Source: Trichoplax adhaerens
Lineage: Eukaryota; Animalia; Placozoa
Reading direction: 5' to 3'
Assembly (NCBI RefSeq): GCF_000150275.1
Contig: NW_002060943.1
Coordinates: forward strand, 6,034,008 to 6,098,007
Length of the DNA stretch: 64,000 bases
This document shows, piece after piece, positions 52,501 through 64,000 of this stretch. Position 1 is the stretch's first letter. Each line of letters begins with the position of its first letter. The translations under genes and the position numbers were made by a program. The notes beneath the pieces were generated by a model, which worked only from the letters and a program-made list of their open reading frames with translations, ran no database searches and was not told where the DNA came from.

Positions 52501-54982
52501 AATTCTCCATAGAGGCCAACGTACTATAGCACTGCGATTATTATCTCCAGTTTGTAAGTACACGGAGAGTGCTAATACAAGTATATTGTAATTTATATAA
52601 AATGATCATGCATAAAAATTTTTATGAACTTATAAGTTAAATAAATATCGATGCAAAAACTGCAATACCAGCGGTATTATAGCGCTTCATAATATATTTT
52701 TATTAGCCTCAACGGGCCTTTTACATTTCTAAAAAATCAACATTCAATAAATCTGAGGGAATAAAAATTATATCGATAGTGCCATATACCACACATGGTC
52801 GCCTTCTGGTGTTTTGAAATACAAATAAATTAAAATTGCTTAATCGTACATAAATGATTAAATATACTAAATCGATTAGAAACATTTCTTAAAACAAGAG
52901 CCATGAACGATAAACACTTTTTAACGCTGGTATTATAGATTTTGCCTATCTATAATACTGTGTTTTATGCCCAAGTTGTCCGTAATACTGTTAGATATGA
53001 CTTTGTTATCACACTACATATTAAATAAAGAATTAAAGCTATTTTTTACTACTTAGAAGTGGCCTTTAGCAGCAAAAGAATTGTTTGTGCTAGAATGTAG
53101 TTAACGATGGAAAGTTTAGAATCGAATTATAGTAGTTGATTCAGCTTGGACACTTAATTTAATATTTAATGATGATATTTCTTATACCAACATTCAAAAA
53201 TTACGTATCCTTTCAAGAGCATTGCTTACATTGTTTAGTCTTAACTAGTACTAATATTAATTTTTCAAATGATTTAAATGATCCCAACCAATCAGTACTT
53301 TACGATCTAAATTTTGGCCTATTAAAACGATAAATTTTGTATGAATTCGATCATAAATAAAATTTTACATCGTGACGTTTCAGAAATAATTAATTATTAT
53401 ATAAAGGTAAGCAAATTTTGCTAAAATAAATTAATAATCTGTCGATTGGAAAGAATTGAATAAGAGTAAATAGCTAATCATCTTATTACAGTTTCGGAAT
53501 CGTTATCATTAATCGTGATGTAATATTAGTGTATTAGTTCATAGGCTGGAAAGGACCGAAAAATAACAATCGCAGCAAATAGCATTAAATAGTTTGAAAC
53601 CATCCATTACTGTCATAAATTACATTAATGATAATTTGACTTTTTTATAAATAAAGATTTTTAGGTGATCATAGTGAATCAGTAGCCATTCCCTTTAATA
53701 GTATAGGTTTTTGAGTTTTTCAGTAATCTAAACCAGAATATGCTAGAAATAGGATGGACTTCTAATTCTTAAATAAATTAAAAATTTCCCTCTTAGTATT
53801 CGAGTGATGACGATAACGCATCTTTAATAAAGATGTCGTATGAAGATTAGCAATTTTATTATTTCGTATTTGCTGACTGAAAAGTAGGTGCTGTTATTGA
53901 TAATAATTGATGTCAAGGGTTTCCATCGAGGCCCGCCTAAAGGTGAACTGGTCAAAAATACTGTCTTTAATTTCTTATTAATATTGAATACATCAAAATA
54001 ATTGCATACTAATAAAATTTTGTAAACGGGGTGTGGATGATAATAGATACAAATAGTGACCATTAAAGTTTGTCAATACCTTCATTATATTTCTAATAGG
54101 CTATGAATAATTTCATTTATGTTTAATAGCTATGCTTGAATTAGTTATAATATCCGCAAAAATAACACTGCTACAGGATATTCCATACAGCACAACCTAT
54201 TAAAGTCTACTGCTACTATTATTTCAATGTTATTCAATCCATTATTTTACTTAATCATCAAATATTAATGATAAAAAGCGAAAAATAGGCTGAAATTTTA
54301 TTATCTTTATAAGAGTAAAAGTCTTCCATTCTGTAAATAGTGAAAGAGAAGACGAGATCGTGAAAGTTAAGGAAAGGAGAAAGTGGCAACGGCTGATGAG
54401 TGAGGAACTTGTTACTCTTACTCCGGATTAATTGCCTTACAGTTAAATGTTATGCTTCAGAACTGAGCCAATCTGTAATAGAGATTTAAATTATTATACT
54501 ATTACTACTATAATATTGAAGTTCATCAATTTAAAAATGTATTTTTTTATTTCATAACCAATTTCATACCATTTCTTAATAGCTAAACGAATATCAATTT
54601 CATATATGACTGTTATACAGACCATCAACATTACTATGCGAGGAATGAATTGGAAATAAGACATAAAAGGACAGTGAAAGGTCAACCTATTTCTCTGTAT
54701 TTCATCTATATCGTTGTGGCTACGGGAAAATTTTATTGCGATATTAAGATTATCCACGTAAGGTTAAAAAATTAGATTATATACGAATTATTAGTAATAA
54801 CTAGTCCAATTTTAGATATTTTATCCACATGATCAAAAAATTTAAAGACTGAAACAGCTTAGCGATATAAACTACTAACGATTATTTCCAATTTCGATTT
54901 TTCCATTCTATCGCCGGATATTGGATTTTATTTATACACATATAGAAGGAGGTATATAATACTCGTGTAAACGATTATTACG

Positions 54983-56107
54983 ATGAAGGGTTGGAATTGG
55001 CAAAATACGCCTAATGGAAGTGTTGATAATTCTACAACTCAGCATAATTATTCACCAATATATACATTTCAAGCTATAGCGTTGTCTGTCGCAGTTATTG
55101 CTGGATTTCCAGCTAATATTATCACCTTAATAGCTTGTTGTTACAGAAATCGTCTTAACGTTGTTTCCAATATATTTATAGCTAACTTGTGTATTTATGA
55201 ATTATGTATGATATTACTTGATTTTCCTCTATCTCTAGTGAATGCTGTTAATGGCCGACAAATTGTAACCAGCTCACTATGTAAATTTCAATGTATAATT
55301 GGTACCATGTGTTCAGCCGGAATTATTTTATCATTAGTTTGTGTTACCATTGATCGCTACTTTACAATTGTAAAGCCCATGAAATATGGTATGATTATGA
55401 CTATTCGTAAAGCTGTTACCATGATTATATGTGTTTGGGTTTATGTTTTCTTGTTAATTCCAGCTTATTATATACCAGAAGTACAACCTACTTGTTTATA
55501 TTACTACGAAATGTCCAGTTGCTTTACAAATTGGGCTCAATCGCCTATCGTTGGATATTTTATCCTTGCAACATGTTATGGCACGGCGCTAATCGCCATG
55601 ATATACACGTACTGGAGGATATTCGTGATTGCGCGCCACCATAATAAAGTTGGAGTTGAACAGTTGAAAGAATTAACAAAGAATGGTTACACTAACCGAC
55701 CTTCCATTACTCAAATGAGAAGAAAAGGATATAAAACTATCAAAGTTGTTATCGTTATCCTAATTACATATATTTGTTGTTGGACGCCTATAACCATATT
55801 AGCAGCTACAAATATTCAGAAATTTTCAGATATGCCACCTTGGGGTTTAGCGATTGCGAATTGCTTGGTTGTTATCAATCCTACAATTAATCCAATTGTA
55901 TATGGTATTATGAGTCAAGAGTATAGGCATAGCTATCAAAGAATATATCGTATAATTCGAAATAGTCAGACAATACGTCGAAGCTTAATTATTCCATCAC
56001 AAGCTTCATTTGCAACGAATCAAAAGGATGGAAACGGCAATTTGTCTTTATCACATGATGTCATAACGACAAATCACGAAAGTAGAGAACAAGAAACAGT
56101 AACTTGA
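54983..56107 (+). CDS. Intronless class A GPCR, GPR161/amine-receptor-like orphan
   Basis: 374 aa, N-glycosylated N-terminus, SNIFIANL, DRY..IVKPMKY, CFTNW, YWRIFVIAR, CWTP, NPIVY. Lacks aminergic D3.32 and the opsin K296-equivalent. Unrelated to the cluster. Confidence 0.9.
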   Translation: MKGWNWQNTPNGSVDNSTTQHNYSPIYTFQAIALSVAVIAGFPANIITLIACCYRNRLNVVSNIFIANLCIYELCMILLDFPLSLVNAVNGRQIVTSSLCKFQCIIGTMCSAGIILSLVCVTIDRYFTIVKPMKYGMIMTIRKAVTMIICVWVYVFLLIPAYYIPEVQPTCLYYYEMSSCFTNWAQSPIVGYFILATCYGTALIAMIYTYWRIFVIARHHNKVGVEQLKELTKNGYTNRPSITQMRRKGYKTIKVVIVILITYICCWTPITILAATNIQKFSDMPPWGLAIANCLVVINPTINPIVYGIMSQEYRHSYQRIYRIIRNSQTIRRSLIIPSQASFATNQKDGNGNLSLSHDVITTNHESREQETVT

Positions 56108-58653
56108 ACCTTATAGCATGCTGTGAAATGTCATTAATGCTTTGATCAGGTTATCATTGATTACCAATTCACTATATACAACATAATCCTATGTAACTAC
56201 AGAATGTAAACTTTGTAAAATGTGGTATACGCGCATAACATAAAAAAAATGCGTATAGAATCCGATCATAAATTATAACGCTGATGAAATTTTGTGTTAC
56301 CACAGAATTTGCTATTATTTATAACATAATCGTAATTATACGCTTTGATTACATTATCTAAATTTCTTACTAATCTGATATAAATTTCATCGCTAATGCC
56401 TATACATTCCACGTGTTAAACACTATAACTATAGTGCACTCGATATCACCTATACATAAAAGGCTATCCTAAGAAATTGTAGACTGGATATACCATATGG
56501 CCTTTGTACTATCAATTCAACTATTATCTAGTTCTTTCACTATATAGAATTGCACAATAAGGAATACAATAAATTTACAACAAATTTGTTATTCCTAATG
56601 AATATTGGGTTAATATTTGACTGTGTGTGTATATCAGGAGATAAGCTTAACAGTCCTAGAGAAAAATGTTGTACTTATTGTTTAAGGTAACGACATTGCT
56701 ATGAGTTGTTGCACCTATCGTTGCGGTACGTTTACGTTATTCTATTAGATCATCCCGCTATTGAGGAATCTATTAATCAAAGATATTATCCAGGATTAAT
56801 GAGTACGAGCTAGTATACACGTAGTATGCACAGTACAGAGTTTGTAGGAGTCAGCTAATAATATCTGACTAAAACAGAGTTATGGAATATGATACACACA
56901 GTACTGGATGTCTATAATATTACTTTTCAGACAGAGAACCCTTGACTTAATATATAGTTATTAAGGATTAGATTAGGTTCGTGAGGACTTATATAGGCAA
57001 GTTATAATTGTAAAAATCTTGATTAAATATTATTTTGCAAGGCGATAAGTTATACATTATAGCTATTGATATGGCCCATTTATGATAATGGATAATTCTA
57101 TAATGAAACTAGCATACTGGTTGAACCACCAAAGCGATAAAATCAGGTGTCATGAAGTGACCTTTATTAACTAATTCTTATTTTGTTTTCGTCTGCTAAT
57201 ATGCTTTGATATTTTTTGATACTACCGTTATATATGATATTATACATAGCTTTTTATACCTATGAATCGATAATTAAATATACATATAATTCGTATATAC
57301 GTAGATGCACTATACTGTACGGTAATCTGACAGATTTTTTAATTTAAGCTTCTAGTTCAGCTTTATTTGAAAGAAACTAGTGGTTACCGTCCCTCTGACG
57401 ATTGGGAGATCGTCAGTATTTAAAGTCGTATTGTAGGTAGGTATCGGAAGGACAAACCTGACTGTACATTCGCAGTGTTTAGTTTTCTTGTAGTAGCAGT
57501 TTTAATTTTCTCAAGTTACAACTGTCTATTTGTAACACCATAATATTACAAAATCATTAATTAATCTTTAAAAGAGTTCTATATAGTGTCTAATCATTTA
57601 CCGTTTGCGAAAATACCGATAACCACTACCTATACAGAGGGAAATACGCTCCTATAAGCTGGATTTCTCGAGTAGTATCCTAGTCCACAAATTTTAGTGA
57701 ACGACTTGACATCATTGTCATATTATGCGACTATCCATCTAAACAGTTACGGAATTTAACTGGATACGTTTAGAATTTTGTAATTGTCATGTGAATCGGA
57801 TGTAGAGCGTTGTAATTGTGGGCCAAACTACTATCTCCGTGAGATTCAACATCTTAAATAAATGATTTAAGGTATTAAGATAACCAAATAGCGAAAATTG
57901 TGGATTGATAGTTGCATCGTAATGTTTTCGGCTAGCTGGATGCACACAATATCGATGATCCTGAGTTTCCTAGAGTTTTACACTGTTATCCACCGCTATT
58001 TGCTTTTTAAAATCTACACAAGAGACGTGTAATTGTAATTAAAACTAAGATTGTCACGACCTACCATCCCGCCAAGAACTTAATCCCAGTAATATTGCAA
58101 AATAAGTCAAATATTAAAAATACAGGCTTTAATTTTACTTGTGACGGTTTATGATTATACAGCTATCATAGTGACAGCAGGCTTCACCTCATCAATGTCA
58201 ACTTAATCATTACAATAATTCAATTATTTTAATGGAATAAATAAAAGCTACTAAAGGAAACACATGATTTCAAAAAATATTAACACTAGAATCAAATTTT
58301 TAGCTACTTCATGTGCGACTATATTCTGATCAGGAATGACAAAAAATAGGTCAACTTGATAATGATATCGCTACCACAGAGAGTCAAGACCCTATACAGT
58401 ACAGAATTAATGTGGTGAATCATAACAAGGTATGCTACTGAACGTGCCTAAAATTAGTCAAATAATAAACATACGCTGACAGCACGGATGTAAGCCAAGT
58501 TTCATGATGATCGATCAAACTAGTTCCAGTTGAAAACGTAAGGATTACAAATTTTATAATAACTGACGTTCTCTCAATACAATAAACTATAGCTAGCAGA
58601 CATACAATAATAGGAATTACTGTAGTATTCTGCCTGATGGTTGAGGCAACGAT

Positions 58654-60697
<2,044 letters not shown>

Positions 60698-60841
60698 GTA
60701 CTGCATCAACGAGTGAATATGCGCATACTGTCTCTATCGTTTGCTCACACTCTACGGTACTGTACTACGTATTAATGCACGAGTTTACCTCCACTTGCTT
60801 GATCAGTATGGGTGCTGCCACAACTTGTAAACATATTTAAA

Positions 60842-60864
60842 TTTGGCGCAAACTTTTGGCGCGC
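60842..60864. promoter_or_regulatory. Tandem E2F sites in the TYMS promoter
   Basis: TTTGGCGC at 60842-60849 and TTTGGCGCGC at 60855-60864 match the E2F consensus TTTSSCGC; TYMS is a classical E2F target. Confidence 0.75.
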
Positions 60865-61363
60865 TTTTATCCAAGACTGTAGTCCAAAGTCCGGATGTCC
60901 GCAGCCGCTATCTCATTTCTAGTGGTCTAAAACTTTGAACTTTACAGTTATACTGGGCAACAACATTTTCAACTGTGTGGAACATTCATACCCATACACC
61001 CTTCTATGGGCCAAATTTTGATTGGTGTTTGTATGGCAAGAAGTGAGAAATGGATTGTGGCTGTGGTCAACTCAAAATCAATGGACACCGATGTGGACCA
61101 CAGTGAAAAACTAAGTTATGTCGTAGACACAGTAACATACTCTTGCTCTAGGCCTAGATCTGGATAAGGTATCATTTATTGGTTTAAAATGATCACAAAA
61201 TCGGCGTACAGTCATAGTAATAATGGTCAAGGCATTTATTTGTCAATGCTGAAATCAGGCTAAATGTCAATTATGGAGGAATGCACTACTATATTTTGTG
61301 GGCTAGACCTGGATGTGGTTTTTCGTTAGCTATAGACATACCTCGATGAATACAGTAGTGCGT

Positions 61364-61753
61364 TATATATATATATATATATATAACCCGCTTTCTTCGA
61401 TACGTTTGGATGGTTAAAACTATAAGTAAAACGCTCAAAAAATAGTAATCGTTATTATTAAAACCGCCCATTTGCGATCAGTTTTGTACGAATTGATGCG
61501 AAAATGGCCAACTTCGGGTTTTGGCCGTAACCTATATATATATATAAAACCCGCTTTCTTCGATACGTTTGGATGGTTAAAACTATAAGTAAAACGCTCA
61601 AAAAATAGTAATCGTTATTATTAAAACCGCCCATTTGCGATCAATTTTGTACGAATTGATGCGAAAATCGTCATACCGAATGGATGGACTATCACGAACC
61701 ATTATAATAACACTACAAATCCGAGCTTTTAGTAATGCTCGGATTTGCACTAT
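61364..61753 (+). mobile_element. Non-autonomous Helitron-like element with duplicated ~140-bp 5' end
   Basis: (TA)n-aacccgctttcttcgatacg...gatgcgaaaat occurs twice (~61364-61505 and ~61533-61668); 11-bp hairpin caaatccgagc/gctcggatttg at 61716-61747 followed by CTAT (CTAG-like). The direct repeat is certain; the TE class is inferred. Confidence 0.45.
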
Positions 61754-64000
61754 TACTACAGTACAGTATGCTACTCCATTTCAATCGATACACTTGCTTC
61801 CATCAGCATAAAACGTATAATTTTTTACCGGACAAAATGGGACGCGAGAGAAATGAAAATAATGCAATGGAATGGAGCTGGATCAGGCTAAGGCACTAAG
61901 CTCAGCAGGTTTTGCAGATCTCTGCTGTACGTGCAGTGTACGAATATTGCATTGTCACTGATGTTAAATACAATGGCAAGTCGGCTTTTCTATGCTTCAT
62001 CAACAACCATAAACTACTAAAGTACTCAATTTCTGAAATTGTGTAGGTCATGCAACAATACTGAGTCAGGAACTCTTCAAGAGAAAATTTATTTTCTCAA
62101 CCAGTGCTCCATACAATCCCATTCTTGATACTAGACTTATGACGTTTTTGTATTTTGAAAGAAATCGTGGATTGAGAGTGTGGGAAATATCGAAAAAGTC
62201 CATGGCAGTTACGTACAGTAGTATCAAATTTTTTTTAAACTACTACACACAGTAGAGATTACAAACTTCCAGGTTTGCCAATGATTAGGCTGTTGCAATT
62301 TGGCGTTAATGTTTACTCCGTAAATGAATGAAAAACGTAGACAAGGTTGGGGCTCAAAACCAGACTGCAACAGGCTAGTACCGTATAGAGAATTCTCTGC
62401 ACCTAGATGTCTTTGAACTATGCACCGGAATCATTTAATATTGACTAAAGCTAATCTTATTAATTAAATGGCTGTGTTGATATTCGAATGGCTAGGGTGT
62501 TAAAATAATAAGATAGTATACCTCCCCAATATGTTGTAGTGCAACTAGTCTTAACTTGCAGCGTGCATACTTTACAGGTATTTTGTCTAAATTGCTCTAG
62601 TCATTACAATATTGGCCTAGTCAATTAAGTAATAAATAGCATGACTTTGGCTAATTTTGAATGATCTATTATGCATCATGTAGTATGCATCCCGTTCACA
62701 ATTGTGCCTAATCGTATCTACTGCATGACAGTGCATGTTTTTAAATATTTAGAATAGTACATTAGTAGACAAAGTTAACGGAACTACTAGTACTCTGTAG
62801 TATCTATAGTGTTAACGAACAATTGATGTGCAGAATTTACAAAAATCAACCCTGTAAAAATAGTCCTGCTCTATAGATCAGCTTTCCAATTTCACATGTA
62901 CTATGGTGCACAAACGACAAATATTGTATCACTTAGCATTGTATATTATACCAATAATATAATAGTCTAATTAATAGAATTCAAGTAATTTATACCTATG
63001 CACACTTATCTACAGCATGACACAATATCATGCATTAAAATTTCTAACAGCAAACAGAAACTCTTTTACAACACTATGAAATTACATCACCAGTTTAGTA
63101 CAGTATTTCCATTCGTGCATGAATTACAATAGAACAAAAAGAAAAAGAATTTCAATAGTTTTAATAATTTCCAGTAAACCTTTTAATCTACAAAAGCGAT
63201 GACAAAACGCATACGGACATTGATGTTGTGTGGAATTTTATAGGATACCACTTAGGCAATTGACCACAATATAAATTAAACAATATCAGAAATTGCCTCA
63301 AACTGCGCTCTGTATTTTATGCGGAGTCTATTCATGAATAGGTGTGATATCCGCTGAACTGAATATTTATTATATAGCACTTGGCAAGTTTGATGTGTTA
63401 TTTTCAAACCTTCGTGCAATTCGTCAGCAAAAGTATTCATCACTACTGCATATCGTCAAACACCCGAAAAGGTATAGTATTTATTGGCCAATTAGTAAAG
63501 AAAGCGATGACGCACATTCTGTTCCAGTGCAAGAATAACTTTGGAATCCCCAAGTATATATTATTTAGGATATCTGCTTTTGAGAGTATAATTGCCTCTT
63601 ATTAATATCTGCATGATTCATAAGATCTAACCGAGCTAGCTCATTGTCCAAATTTGACCCATAATTTACACTAGCTAACTTTGCGGTAATTGTATTATTT
63701 TACTTATGCTGATCTACGCGTATTTTCACATATAGGCATTAGTGTTATCATATTACTGCAGGGTTATCGATATTAGCAGCTCAAGATATTGATTACTACT
63801 TATAATTAGTTATATAGTACATAACAGTGCATATACGTATATATACAGGCTCTATATCAGGTTGATTTCACTTTGAAATATTAAGCCACGATAATGAAGA
63901 AAGCCTTGAAAAAGACTAAGAGAGCAGTTAGTAGGAAACTGCTTAAGAAATCTGACAAGCATACCCTGGAAGCAGCTACGGATGCACAAGATGATGAACG

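Noticed and set aside
54983-56107. Calling this GPCR an opsin or biogenic amine receptor
   Set aside because: Lacks the retinal-binding Lys and D3.32.
63344-64000. Possible plus-strand exons at the window end (63378-63470; 63886-64000 open in two frames)
   Set aside because: Frame and product cannot be determined; truncated by the window.

Overview
AT-rich eukaryotic (animal) genomic DNA with short GT-AG introns. Compact introns, single-exon GPCR arrays and (CAGTA)-rich promoter tracts suggest a placozoan (Trichoplax-like) genome; this is inference, not verified. Left part: nucleobindin (NUCB-like, minus, 7 coding exons), an HPS5/BLOC-2-like gene (minus) ending in a RING-H2 finger, a ~200-bp satellite array (16.1-18.6 kb) and an intronless GT14 GCNT-like glycosyltransferase. 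Middle (23-46.5 kb): a birth-and-death cluster of 7 intronless class A GPCR loci (5 intact, 1 with a single internal stop, 1 decayed with an internal inversion). Their 7TM cores resemble type-C LGR (RXFP/GRL101) receptors but have no ectodomain. One pair sits in a ~7.5-kb quasi-palindrome and another in a 4.5-kb tandem duplication; in both, cores are homogenised and differences cluster at the predicted ligand pocket, pointing to a candidate chemoreceptor family. Right part: an unrelated GPR161/amine-like GPCR and thymidylate synthase (with E2F sites and a possible mitochondrial leader exon). Helitron-like termini occur at 42.0 and 61.4-61.8 kb. Two assembly gaps. Exon structures and counts were derived by hand.
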